A DNA stretch of 64,000 bases from Smithellaceae bacterium (GTDB lineage: Bacteria; Desulfobacterota; Syntrophia; Syntrophales; Smithellaceae): contig CAXXLA010000002.1 of assembly GCA_963663295.2 (NCBI GenBank), forward strand, positions 150,843 to 214,842. The letters are read 5' to 3'. Positions 29,816 through 39,554 of this stretch are shown one piece after another. The notes under the pieces were generated by a model. The model was not told where the DNA came from, searched no databases, and worked only from the letters and a program-made list of their open reading frames with translations. The first letter of the stretch is position 1, and the number at the start of each line of letters is the position of its first letter. The translations under genes were made by a program, and so were the position numbers.

Positions 29816-30586
29816 ATGGAGAAAATTCCGCTTTCCGTCGCCATCATTACCAAAAATGAAGAAGAAAATTTGCGGCCATGTTTGCAGAGCGTCATGTTTG
29901 CCCGTCAGATCGTTGTCGTTGATTCCGGCAGCACTGACGCAACATTGGAGATTGCCGCTGAATTTGGCTGCGAAATTTATAAAGAAGGCTGGCTGGGATT
30001 CGGTCCGCAAAAACAATTGGCGATTGATAAATGCAGTGAACCGTGGATTCTGGTGCTGGATGCCGATGAGCGCATTCCCCGGGAAACAGCGGAAGCAATA
30101 AAAACAATTATAACAAATTCTGCCGTCCGGGAAGCCGGATTCAGCTTTCCCCGTAAGAACTATTTCCAGGGCCGCTGGATCAAACATGCCGGTTGGTGGC
30201 CTGACCGGATCATTCGGTTATTTCGCAAGGAAGCAGGCCGCATGACTGAGGCCTCGGTTCATGAAGCGGTGGAAGTAAAAGGTCTGGTCAGCCCTTTAGA
30301 TACTCCGATAGAACATTTTACGGAAAGCCGTTTGAGCAGGATTCTGCAAAAGATTGACAAATACTCCACACTGGGGGCCGAGGAAGCATTTAAAGAAGGA
30401 AAAAGATCTTCAACAGGTGGAGCTTTTCTGAGAGCATTTTTTACTTTTTTCCTGGATTACTTTCTGCGCGGAGGCATCCTCGACGGTATGCCCGGGCTTA
30501 CCCTGGCGGTTACGGATTCCGTTAATAAATTTTTTAAGTATGCAAAATTAAGGGAACTTGCCAGAATAAACCGCGGCGGTAAATAA
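29816..30586 (+). CDS. family 2 glycosyltransferase (LPS-core WaaE/KdtX-like)
   Basis: The ATG at 29816 gives MEKIPLSVAIITKNEEENLRPCLQSV..VVVDSGSTDATLEIA...LVLDADERI. The track start at 29762 is probably over-extended. Confidence 0.8.
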   Translation: MEKIPLSVAIITKNEEENLRPCLQSVMFARQIVVVDSGSTDATLEIAAEFGCEIYKEGWLGFGPQKQLAIDKCSEPWILVLDADERIPRETAEAIKTIITNSAVREAGFSFPRKNYFQGRWIKHAGWWPDRIIRLFRKEAGRMTEASVHEAVEVKGLVSPLDTPIEHFTESRLSRILQKIDKYSTLGAEEAFKEGKRSSTGGAFLRAFFTFFLDYFLRGGILDGMPGLTLAVTDSVNKFFKYAKLRELARINRGGK

Positions 30587-30589
30587 TTC

Positions 30590-31549
30590 ATGAAAGAATC
30601 GTTAAGAGATCGACAAGCCGGAGAAATTGATGTTTCCGTGATTATTGTCAACTGGAATACGAAAGACCTTTTAAAGAACTGCCTCAACTCTGTTTATCAA
30701 ACTATTCATGATCTGACATTTGAGATTATTGTTGTTGATAATGCTTCCTCTGACGGCTCCCTGGAAATGCTCCAGCAGAATTTTCCGGAAGTAATACTAA
30801 TAGGCAATCAGGAAAATAGAGGGTTTGGAGCGGCCAATAATCAGGCCTTCGCCGTTATGAAAGGTAAATATGCTCTGCTTTTAAACACCGATGCCTTATT
30901 GACGCCGGATGCTGTCAAGCGTCTGTGGGCTTTTGGTGAGGCGAATAACGAAGCAGCGATTGTCTGCGGGCAGCTTTTAAATGCCGACGGCAGCAAACAG
31001 AACTCGATTGCCTCTTTTCCGTCTCTGCTGACATTAGCCGCCAATACTTCGCTGTTGGAGTATTTATTTCCCCAAAAATTTCCCAGTAAAAGATATGAGC
31101 ATGCGGGGCCTGTTGAAGTTGATTCAGCTATCGGCGCCTGCATGATGATTAGAAAAAAAGCATTGGATGAAGTCGGTGTTTTTGACGAGCGCTATTTTTT
31201 CTTTTTTGAAGAAACCGATTTAGCTTATGCAATGCATAAATCCGGTTGGAAAACTTATCATATTCCCGATGCATACATTTATCATTTGCAGGGGCAAAGC
31301 ATCGGCGGCAATGTGCGATCAAGAATTGAATTTTACCGTTCGCGTTATAAATTCTTCAGCAAATGGTACAGCCGCAGTTATTATCTTTTAGCGAGATCGT
31401 TGATTTTTGGAAGGTTGCTGATTAACTGGCTATCCGGTTTTGTGATTAACGTTTTTACATTGGGGCTGGCCGGAAGACTTCGCCAGAAATTCATAGTTTA
31501 TTCGAAATTGATTCTCTGGCATCTGAATTATTATGGTCAACAAAATTAA
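30590..31549 (+). CDS. family 2 glycosyltransferase
   Basis: DVSVIIVNWNTKDLLKNCLNSV...VVDNASSDGS...NRGFGAANNQ...LLNTDA...FDERYFFFFEETDLAYAM. 3 nt after the previous stop. Confidence 0.85.
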   Translation: MKESLRDRQAGEIDVSVIIVNWNTKDLLKNCLNSVYQTIHDLTFEIIVVDNASSDGSLEMLQQNFPEVILIGNQENRGFGAANNQAFAVMKGKYALLLNTDALLTPDAVKRLWAFGEANNEAAIVCGQLLNADGSKQNSIASFPSLLTLAANTSLLEYLFPQKFPSKRYEHAGPVEVDSAIGACMMIRKKALDEVGVFDERYFFFFEETDLAYAMHKSGWKTYHIPDAYIYHLQGQSIGGNVRSRIEFYRSRYKFFSKWYSRSYYLLARSLIFGRLLINWLSGFVINVFTLGLAGRLRQKFIVYSKLILWHLNYYGQQN

Positions 31550-31630
31550 TTTAAATACGAGAAAATCTTGACGGTTTGAAGAAATAAGTAATAGAAATAA
31601 ATATTGGCCTCCAAGGAGATATATAATTTT

Positions 31631-32386
31631 ATGGACAGTTTTTATGCCCTTTGTAAGGGATTTACCGATCCTGTTTTCATAATCTTTATTTTGCTTATAG
31701 CTGCTTTTATTTCCTGCTTTAAAAGCAACAAAAAAAAGAATGGTATTCTAATTTTAGGCTTGGCAATTCTTGTACTGTACGGATTCAGTATTGCACCTGT
31801 TGCGAATTATCTGGCTTACTCACTGGAAAAAAATTACTTCCATCCACCGGTGGTAAAAAAACCCATCGAGGTTATTATCGTCTTAGGCGGAGGTGTTCAT
31901 GACATTAATGTATTAAATAATTCTTTTGTTTCTGAGACATCTGCGGCGCGGTTACTGTGTGGAATAGAAATGCTCAATAAATATGGGGCAAGATATTTGA
32001 TATGCGCAGGTAAAGGAAGTGCTAAGATGGCGGAAGGTGAAGTAATGGCCCGACAGGCATTAAAAATGGGAGTGCCAAAAGAAAAAGTCAGAATTGATGC
32101 CAAATCGAACAATACACGGGAGCATGCAGTAGAACTCAACAAAATGTTTGCTGACAAAAATATTGGTATCGGCATTGTAACATCCGGTTACCACATGAAA
32201 AGAAGCGAGAAGGAATTTAAAAAATATTTCAACAATGTGGTGCCTCTCCCGGCGTCTTATTCGTACTCGTCATCGTCGCAGAAGGGTATAGTGAAATATA
32301 TACCCCAAACAGCAAGATTATATACAACGGCAATAATGTTAAGAGAATTTATCGGATCATTGTGGTACAAAATAAACAGTCTATAA
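31631..32386 (+). CDS. YdcF/ElyC-family (DUF218) protein
   Basis: Two N-terminal TM segments, then IEVIIVLGGGV...SAARLLCGIE..., the NTREHA motif and GIVTSGYHMKRS. ATG 31631 lies 12 nt after AAGGAG; the track start is TTG 31604. Confidence 0.7.
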   Translation: MDSFYALCKGFTDPVFIIFILLIAAFISCFKSNKKKNGILILGLAILVLYGFSIAPVANYLAYSLEKNYFHPPVVKKPIEVIIVLGGGVHDINVLNNSFVSETSAARLLCGIEMLNKYGARYLICAGKGSAKMAEGEVMARQALKMGVPKEKVRIDAKSNNTREHAVELNKMFADKNIGIGIVTSGYHMKRSEKEFKKYFNNVVPLPASYSYSSSSQKGIVKYIPQTARLYTTAIMLREFIGSLWYKINSL

Positions 32387-32461
32387 AAAGTTTTTGATCA
32401 CTTTTTCCCTTCTTGTAAACTAAATATTTATATCATCTAAACTAATTATATATATTTTCTG

Positions 32462-32490
32462 TTGACATTATATTAGCGTTTTATTATATA
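32462..32490 (+). promoter_or_regulatory. sigma70-type promoter of the MarR-EPS regulator gene
   Basis: TTGACA (32462..32467), a 17-nt spacer, then TATATA (32485..32490). It lies 38 nt upstream of the ATG at 32528. Confidence 0.55.
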
Positions 32491-32497
32491 TTCTGCA

Positions 32498-32516
32498 ATG
32501 TTCACATCGTGAACAT
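32498..32516. promoter_or_regulatory. perfect 8-bp palindrome overlapping the predicted transcription start (candidate operator)
   Basis: ATGTTCAC (32498..32505), atc, GTGAACAT (32509..32516). It begins 8 nt after the -10 hexamer. Confidence 0.45.
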
Positions 32517-32527
32517 ATGGGATTGCT

Positions 32528-32908
32528 ATGTCAATGCGGAAAAAAAAGAATTATGAAACTGAAGAGTCTCTTATGATTCTTCGGGAAATTGGCACGAATC
32601 CTCAGTTAAGCCAACGGGAATTATCCTCGCGCTTGGGTTTGAGTTTAGGCAAAATCAATTTTCTGTTGAAGGCGCTGATTGCACGGGGGCTTGTTAAAGC
32701 AGAAAACTTCAAAAATTCCAGCAATAAAAGAGCCTATTTGTATTTGCTCACACCGATGGGCATCGAAGCAAGAGCTAAGACAACTTATCGTTTCCTGAAA
32801 AGGAAAATAGAGGAATACGAAAAGTTGGAAATAGAAATTAAGCAATTGAAAAAAGAAGTAGGTTATCCCGACCCTCCTCCGCCCGATGGTCGGGATAAAA
32901 GTTTATAG
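32528..32908 (+). CDS. MarR-family, EPS-associated transcriptional regulator
   Basis: 126 aa. ILREIGTNPQLSQRELSSRLGLSLGKINFLLKALIARGLVKAENFKNSSNKRAYLYLLTPMGIEARA, then a coiled-coil tail. This matches the EPS-locus MarR subfamily pattern. Confidence 0.8.
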   Translation: MSMRKKKNYETEESLMILREIGTNPQLSQRELSSRLGLSLGKINFLLKALIARGLVKAENFKNSSNKRAYLYLLTPMGIEARAKTTYRFLKRKIEEYEKLEIEIKQLKKEVGYPDPPPPDGRDKSL

Positions 32909-33213
32909 AACGGTATAGAAAATCGCAACTGTTTGTAATTATATTACTTATTATTTGTGGGTGCATTATAATGTAAACCAAGGAGCGGAGCTGTATCAAA
33001 CACGCAGGGAATTAATTTAGGCTTACCTTGATATCATTACATGGCGAGAGCTTTGAACAACGAGAAATATACAATAGTTTGATCAAAGAAGCGGACAATG
33101 CAAGCTGGTAGTCAGGCGAGTTGTGCCAGGTCTCAAAGAACAAGATAAAATCATCGAACTTTTATGAAGTCCATGCTGCTAACGATTGTTTTCACAAAGA
33201 TATAGGAGAGGCT

Positions 33214-34032
33214 ATGGATACAAAGAAAGAGATAACATCAGATAATGAAATCAATCTTTACGACTATTGGAGAATCCTGGTAAAAAGGAAAAAGATTTTC
33301 TTTGGCATATTTCTTGTTCCATTAATCATAACAATTATTGTGAGCTTAGTCATTCCTCGCTATTATAGAGGGGAATGCGAAATAAGCCTTTATACCTTGC
33401 CGGTTTTTGATAAACATTCTGCAATAACTGCTTCCTCTATACTTACACTTGTTGGGAATATTGATGATAGTAAGAAAGTTAAAATATTTGCCAATAATTC
33501 TGGTTTGATTAAAAGTGCAATGATATCAGCGCCTCAAAAATCAGCCGATAAATTGACTATAGTTATTAATGCCACAACAGCGGATGTAGTACCCCGGGCA
33601 TTCAAAAACATGTTCGATTATATAAACAGCCTTCCCGAAATTATAAGTGAGATTAACAAAATAAATGCAGAGACTGATTTGAAAATCCAGAAACTTAAGG
33701 AAGCTAAAAAAGCAAACCTTATTTTTTTAAGCCAGGTGACGGATATGATGAAGAAAAAACAATTATCGTTTGTCAATATTATCAATCCCGCTGACTTAAT
33801 TAAGAAAGACGCTGAATTATCTTTAGAAATCATGAATCTTCAACTGGCTAAAACAGATATGGTGAAGAAACAGAAGTTAAATACAATGATTGGCACATTG
33901 GGTTCACCTTCGCTTACCAGGCAACCTTCCAATGCAGAGATAAAAAAAGTAATTCTTCTTACCGGCTTTCTGACTTTTTTTGTCGGTTTAGTTACCGTTT
34001 TCTTTTTTGAATATATAAGTGCCAGAAAATAG
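33214..34032 (+). CDS. Wzz-like chain-length determinant protein (short form)
   Basis: The ATG at 33214 follows AGGAGAG. EINLYDYWRILVKRKKIFFGIFLVPLIITIIVSLVIPRYY is a Wzz N-terminal motif plus TM1. There is a coiled-coil middle and a C-terminal TM segment, LLTGFLTFFVGLVTVFFF. Confidence 0.6.
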   Translation: MDTKKEITSDNEINLYDYWRILVKRKKIFFGIFLVPLIITIIVSLVIPRYYRGECEISLYTLPVFDKHSAITASSILTLVGNIDDSKKVKIFANNSGLIKSAMISAPQKSADKLTIVINATTADVVPRAFKNMFDYINSLPEIISEINKINAETDLKIQKLKEAKKANLIFLSQVTDMMKKKQLSFVNIINPADLIKKDAELSLEIMNLQLAKTDMVKKQKLNTMIGTLGSPSLTRQPSNAEIKKVILLTGFLTFFVGLVTVFFFEYISARK

Positions 34033-34121
34033 AAGATAAATAAGTTTTGGAAAACCTTGATCATGGTAAGATAACTATAATAGTTTTGTGGTGGTATTAT
34101 TAAATATTTTAAGGAGTTAGC

Positions 34122-35159
34122 ATGTTTAACGGGAAAACAATATTAGTGACAGGCGGAACCGGTTCTTTTGGCAAAAAGTTTGTACAAATAGTTCTGGAAA
34201 AATATAAGCCCGAAAAACTCATTATTTTTAGCCGCGATGAACTGAAACAGTTTGAAATGTCGCAGGTATATAATATTAAAAAATATCCCTGCATCCGTTA
34301 TTTTTTAGGTGATGTCCGCGATAAAGACAGATTGATTCGCGCCTTTCATGATGTTGATTACGTTGTTCATGCCGCAGCCTTAAAACAGGTTCCCGCCGCT
34401 GAATATAATCCCGCCGAATTCATCAAAACAAACATCATGGGAGCGATGAATATAATTGATGCCGCTCTCACGACCAATGTGAAGAAAGTGATAGCGTTGT
34501 CTACGGACAAAGCCTGCAATCCGATCAATTTATATGGAGCAACAAAGCTTTGTTCCGATAAATTATTTGTTGCGGCCAATGTTTATCGCAGCTTGCCCCT
34601 GGATAAGCTCTTTTCTGTTGTACGCTACGGTAACGTCGTGGGCAGCCGTGGTTCCGTCGTGCCTTTCTTTAAGGAAAGAGTTAAAACTGGTGTGCTTCCG
34701 ATAACTGACGTGCGAATGACACGGTTTTGGATTACTCTTGATCAGGCGGTACACTTTGTTCTAAAGGTTTTTGAGCTGGCCAAAGGCGGAGAAATTTTCG
34801 TTCCTAAAATTCCTTCCATGAAAATTACCGATCTGGCCACAGCCATAGGACCGGACTGTAAGCAGGACGTCATCGGTATCAGGCCGGGCGAAAAAATTCA
34901 TGAAACTTTGATTGGTGAAGACGAAGGCCGTTATACAATTGAATATAATGAATGCTATGTAATCAGGCAGAATTATTCGGTAAAAGAAGATGATATGCTT
35001 GCGGGAAACGGTGGCATTCCCTGCCCGGAAGGTTTTACCTATGATTCCAAGAATAATCACGAATTAATAAGTATTGAAGCTTTGCGAGAGTTAATAGATA
35101 AAATAGCTGATGACTATGCGATAGAAACAACGCGCTGGTCAATGGATGATATCCCTTGA
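34122..35159 (+). CDS. pseB: UDP-N-acetylglucosamine 4,6-dehydratase (inverting), PseB
   Basis: MFNGKTILVTGGTGSFGKKFVQIVLEKYKPEKLIIFSRDELKQFEM...YFLGDVRDKDRL...STDKACNPINLYGATKL. Near-colinear with Campylobacter/Helicobacter PseB (FlaA1). Confidence 0.9.
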   Translation: MFNGKTILVTGGTGSFGKKFVQIVLEKYKPEKLIIFSRDELKQFEMSQVYNIKKYPCIRYFLGDVRDKDRLIRAFHDVDYVVHAAALKQVPAAEYNPAEFIKTNIMGAMNIIDAALTTNVKKVIALSTDKACNPINLYGATKLCSDKLFVAANVYRSLPLDKLFSVVRYGNVVGSRGSVVPFFKERVKTGVLPITDVRMTRFWITLDQAVHFVLKVFELAKGGEIFVPKIPSMKITDLATAIGPDCKQDVIGIRPGEKIHETLIGEDEGRYTIEYNECYVIRQNYSVKEDDMLAGNGGIPCPEGFTYDSKNNHELISIEALRELIDKIADDYAIETTRWSMDDIP

Positions 35160-35175
35160 TCAAAGTTTGTGAAAG

Positions 35176-37350
35176 ATGAACGCAACTGCAGGTTCTCCGA
35201 AAATGAAAAAAAATAAGAAAAAAATGTTAATCACTGGCTTCAGTGGTCTTCTGGGAAGTAATTTAGCCTATTATTTCCGTGATAAATATGAAGTCACCGG
35301 TTGCTACAATAGTCATCCCGCATATATCAATGGTGTTGATAGCCGGCAGATCGATTTGACTGATAAATCAGAAGTTGTCGAATTAGTTATGATGCATGAT
35401 CCGGATGTAATTATTCATTGTGCTTCGCTTACTAATGTTGACCAATGCGAAGAAGATAGTGAACTTGCTAATACCGTTAATGTTTTATCCACACGTTATC
35501 TTGTTGAAGCAGCGGCTTCAAAAACAAGATTCGTTTACATATCTACTGACGCCGTTTATAACGGTGAAAAAGGGAATTTTACTGAAGATGATTCCATTGA
35601 GCCGCAGAATTACTACGGACGATCAAAATATGAGGGCGAAACTGCAGTCCGGCAAAAAGAAAATACGTTGATTTTAAGGACAAATTTGTTTGGATGGAAC
35701 ATTCAGGAGAAACTGAGTCTTGGTGAATGGATAATTGATGAGTTAATCTCGGCTCGGCAGATTAAGGGGTTTCAAGATGCCGTGTTTTCTACCATTTACA
35801 CTTTTCAGCTGGCAAAGGTAATTGATATTGCACTGACAGCCGGGATATACGGTGTTTTTAATTGTGGCGGCAGCGACCATTGCTCCAAGTATGAATTTGC
35901 TCTAAAAATTGCCGACAAATTTGGTTTTGATAAAAAATTAATTATTCCTTCATTATTGGGTGAATATAGATTTAAAGCACAAAGAGGCAAAAATCTTTCC
36001 CTCAACGTATCCAAAGTGGAAAAAGCTTTAAACTACAGACTGCCAACCATTGATCAGTCAATCGACGAATTTTATCGTGATTACAAAAGTGGTTTGCCAC
36101 AATTGATTAAAACGCAATTGCCGGAAGAACAAAAAAAATGGTCTCTTATTCCTTACGGGCGACAATGGATAGATGCAGACGACATTGAAGCCGTAACTAA
36201 AGTTTTAACGGAAGAGCGTATTACTCAAGGTCCGCAAGTGGATGCATTCGAGAAGGAACTGGCAAAATACTGCGGCGTGAGGTATGCCGTTGCCGTGAAT
36301 TCCGGAACGGCGGCGTTGCATCTAGCTTGTTTGGCGGCAGGTGTCGGGCCGGAAGATGAAATAATAACTTCACCCATTACCTTCGTTGCTTCCGCCAATT
36401 GTGCGTTTTACTGTAATGCTAAACCTGTCTTTGCCGATATTGATCCCCGAACTTATAATATCAATCCGGCGGAAATTGAAAAAAGAATTACTACCCAAAC
36501 AAGGGCGGTTCTTCCAGTGCACTTTGCCGGACAGAGTTGCGATATAGAGACTATTAAACAGATTGCAGCAAATGCGGAGAAAAAGCATGGTCATAAAATT
36601 TATGTTATCGAAGATGCATGCCATGCAATGGGTTCACTGTATAAAAATACGAAAGTCGGCTCATGCTCCTTTTCCGATATGACTGTAACCAGCTTTCATC
36701 CGGTAAAGCATATTACTACGGGTGAAGGCGGAGCAATTTTAACTAACGACGAGAAATTATATAAAACCCTGAAAATATTGCGCTCCCATGGAATTACCGG
36801 TGAGGCAGGCGATTTCGTGAACACTGATTTAGCTTTTTCCGGGAAATTTCTTAATAATCAACGGCAATTAAACCCCTGGTATTACGAACAGGTAATGCTT
36901 GGCTATAACTATCGCATAACCGATATACAGTGTGCTCTGGGAATCTCACAATTGGCGAAATTGGAAAAGTATATTCAGCGAAGAAAGCAGATTGTAAATT
37001 GCTACAATGTTGCTTTCGGAAAAATTGATTCCCTGGTCATTCCCTACGAAGACAAAAACTGCTCTACAAATTTCCATCTTTACGTCCTTTTACTAAATTT
37101 TAATAAAATCGGCATGGAAAGAGCTCAATTCATAACGGAGTTACGCAAACAGAAAATACAGACGCAGGTACATTATATTCCAGTGCATCTGCAACCTTAC
37201 TATCAAAAAATGTTGAAGACTAAGTGGGGTGATTATCCTCAAGCAGAAGCATATTATCAGAAATGTCTTTCCATTCCACTGTATCCAGCTATGAGCGATT
37301 CGGAAGTTACTTATGTTATCGAAAAAATAAAATCCATCGTCGATAAATAA
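35176..37350 (+). CDS. pseC: fusion protein: RmlD-like NAD(P)-dependent sugar reductase domain + PseC aminotransferase
   Basis: The N-terminal ~300 aa carry MLITGFSGLLGSNL...YISTDAVYNG...NYYGRSKYEGE (an SDR YxxxK) and are RmlD/dTDP-4-dehydrorhamnose-reductase-like. The C-terminal ~390 aa carry IPYGRQWIDADDIEAVTKVL...ITQGPQVDAFEKELAKYCGV.YAVAVNSGTAALHLA and the PLP lysine in SFHPVKHITTGEGG, which marks PseC/DegT. Start is ambiguous (35176, 35203 or 35224). Confidence 0.85.
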   Translation: MNATAGSPKMKKNKKKMLITGFSGLLGSNLAYYFRDKYEVTGCYNSHPAYINGVDSRQIDLTDKSEVVELVMMHDPDVIIHCASLTNVDQCEEDSELANTVNVLSTRYLVEAAASKTRFVYISTDAVYNGEKGNFTEDDSIEPQNYYGRSKYEGETAVRQKENTLILRTNLFGWNIQEKLSLGEWIIDELISARQIKGFQDAVFSTIYTFQLAKVIDIALTAGIYGVFNCGGSDHCSKYEFALKIADKFGFDKKLIIPSLLGEYRFKAQRGKNLSLNVSKVEKALNYRLPTIDQSIDEFYRDYKSGLPQLIKTQLPEEQKKWSLIPYGRQWIDADDIEAVTKVLTEERITQGPQVDAFEKELAKYCGVRYAVAVNSGTAALHLACLAAGVGPEDEIITSPITFVASANCAFYCNAKPVFADIDPRTYNINPAEIEKRITTQTRAVLPVHFAGQSCDIETIKQIAANAEKKHGHKIYVIEDACHAMGSLYKNTKVGSCSFSDMTVTSFHPVKHITTGEGGAILTNDEKLYKTLKILRSHGITGEAGDFVNTDLAFSGKFLNNQRQLNPWYYEQVMLGYNYRITDIQCALGISQLAKLEKYIQRRKQIVNCYNVAFGKIDSLVIPYEDKNCSTNFHLYVLLLNFNKIGMERAQFITELRKQKIQTQVHYIPVHLQPYYQKMLKTKWGDYPQAEAYYQKCLSIPLYPAMSDSEVTYVIEKIKSIVDK

Positions 37351-37395
37351 ATTACGGGCTGTGTCCATATAGTTAGTATGTGAGAGATAAAACTG

Positions 37396-38472
37396 TTGTT
37401 AACTGATCAAATTTCCAAAGAAATTGATGCATTGCGAGGATTTGCCGTTTTGAGTGTCCTTTGGGGACACTCAATGTATTCCCTGAACATGCCGGTTGAA
37501 TTAAACGGGGCTTTCGGGGTATGGATTTTTTTCTCTTTAAGCGGCTTTTTTATTGGAGAAGCATTTTTTTGCGGACGTTACGGTTTATCTACTGAAGGTT
37601 GTTTTTCCTTTCTTCGGAATAGAGCAGTAAGAATACTGCCTCTTTATTATACAGCGTTATGTGCAGGTTTAATATTTGAACTTATAATGATGCCTGATAA
37701 AATTATTGTATCCGCTGTGATACGGCAGTTTTTATTCATCAGTCCTTTGAATTCCATAACTCTTTCCGGCCCTTTATGGGCGCTTGCTGTCAGTGCAAAA
37801 TTTTATATAATTTCTATTTTCTTCATCTGGATTATTGCAAAGGTGAGCCAGCAAAAAAGGATTGCTCTTCTTTTATTCTTGTTGGTTTTATCCGGTATAA
37901 TATCCTGGTTGTATATAAAAGCTTGCAGAGATATTTATATACAACCGAGAACTCTTTTTGGTAATTTACATTTTTTTATGTGGGGAATTTTATTGTCTGT
38001 CATCAATTGGGAGCGATTGCCTGCTGTTTCATCTGTTAATAAATTCAGTGCCATTTTTATTTTGATCGTAATTGCCTGGTATTTAAACAACTGGAAGCCG
38101 GCATATTTTTGGGGTTTAAGCAGTTACCTGAGCGGACGTTTAGCTTTAGGCTGTGGTGCTTTGTGTGCACTATTAATCACATTTGTTGTTATGTTAAGGG
38201 AAGCCTGCAGCGATAATGACGTTGATTTTAAAAAAGGAAGCTTATTGCTGAAATTATTTGGGTGGTGCGGGTTTTATTCGTATGCCATATACGTATGCCA
38301 TTCGATATTAGGTAAGGCCAATCAAATTTTCTTTCATATCAATCCAGGTCCCATTTATTTATTTTATCTGTTTTTATCCATACCATTGGCCTATTTAAGT
38401 TATAAATTTATTGAAGCTCCCCTGCATCAATTACGTGCCGGTAAGATTGCCTCTCACTTTTTTAAAAAATAA
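37396..38472 (+). CDS. acyltransferase family 3 membrane O-acyltransferase
   Basis: 358 aa, TTG start, about 10 TM helices. EIDALRGFAVLSVLWGHS is the family N-terminal R/H motif. Confidence 0.75.
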   Translation: MLTDQISKEIDALRGFAVLSVLWGHSMYSLNMPVELNGAFGVWIFFSLSGFFIGEAFFCGRYGLSTEGCFSFLRNRAVRILPLYYTALCAGLIFELIMMPDKIIVSAVIRQFLFISPLNSITLSGPLWALAVSAKFYIISIFFIWIIAKVSQQKRIALLLFLLVLSGIISWLYIKACRDIYIQPRTLFGNLHFFMWGILLSVINWERLPAVSSVNKFSAIFILIVIAWYLNNWKPAYFWGLSSYLSGRLALGCGALCALLITFVVMLREACSDNDVDFKKGSLLLKLFGWCGFYSYAIYVCHSILGKANQIFFHINPGPIYLFYLFLSIPLAYLSYKFIEAPLHQLRAGKIASHFFKK

Positions 38473-38558
38473 ACTTGTTAAAAACTCGTATAAACGAGTA
38501 GCAGGGCTTTTTAAATTTCATTATAGAATAATGCATTTGCAGGTGGTTTCTGAAAAAA

Positions 38559-39554
38559 ATGTCCGATGATAAAAAAAAGATAAATCTCCGTGCGGGTGAT
38601 GCGGTTTTTTATCAATATGACCCGAATATAGGTTTTTGGGGAATCCCCAACATGGAAAGAGATGTTTGTTTTACAAACCTGGACAAGACTTCAATAAAGG
38701 TTAGACATAACAGTGAAGGCAACAGAGACAAAGATGTTCTGGAAGAAGAAAAGCATGGATCCATTCTATGTCTGGGCGGCTCTCATACCTGGGGTGCAGG
38801 CGTCGATCAGGATAGCCGATATTCCGAACATCTAAGGAGATTAACTGGAAAACCGGTATTTAATCTTGGTCATTGCAGCTTCGGCCTGGACCAGATTTGT
38901 CTTGTGATTCTTAACAAGATAGATGCTTATAAGCCCGGAATAATAATAGTTGAGCAGTATCCATGGTCAATTCACCGCATCCTGAATACTTATGTTATAG
39001 GTTATACCAGACCATATTTTTATCTTGATGCAAATGGTAATCTGAAACTGCAGAAAATGTCATCGTTATCACGGTTCAAATTTTTTCGTCAGCTTATCGG
39101 TTCCTTCTATTCTTATCGTAAGGAATATTTGGAGTTCAAGGCAGGTATTAATCTTAAAGACTACAATCCCTGGGCTGACCCCATCTTCCTCTCGTGGAAG
39201 ATGCCCTACTATGAGTATATGTATCGACTGGTTGACCAGATCGTTGCTGTAATGCAGAATTATTGCAGCCAGAAGGGAATTCATCTTCTCTTCGGGTTGG
39301 GAGCTATAATGCAGCAATTCGGGCAAAAAAGTTCTTCCTCCCTTGTTGATTATACTCTTCCACGAAACAGGTTAATTAATATTTTCCAGAAAAATAACAT
39401 AAACTACATAGATATGACGGAGGCAATGCTGGCCGAGCATTCAGCTGATGATCCCGTAATCTTTCATGATGGTCATATGAATAAAAAAGGGCATAATATT
39501 TTTGCCGGAGAAATTGTAAAAGTTTTAAAAACAAAAAAATGGATTCCAGTATGA
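38559..39554 (+). CDS. SGNH-like hydrolase (divergent)
   Basis: ILCLGGSHTWGAGV is block I-like, with GGS as in 18668..19852. Contains NLGHCSFGLDQ. C-terminal HDGHMNKKGHNIFA is a DxxH-like region with one residue fewer. The assignment is weak. Confidence 0.45.
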   Translation: MSDDKKKINLRAGDAVFYQYDPNIGFWGIPNMERDVCFTNLDKTSIKVRHNSEGNRDKDVLEEEKHGSILCLGGSHTWGAGVDQDSRYSEHLRRLTGKPVFNLGHCSFGLDQICLVILNKIDAYKPGIIIVEQYPWSIHRILNTYVIGYTRPYFYLDANGNLKLQKMSSLSRFKFFRQLIGSFYSYRKEYLEFKAGINLKDYNPWADPIFLSWKMPYYEYMYRLVDQIVAVMQNYCSQKGIHLLFGLGAIMQQFGQKSSSSLVDYTLPRNRLINIFQKNNINYIDMTEAMLAEHSADDPVIFHDGHMNKKGHNIFAGEIVKVLKTKKWIPV

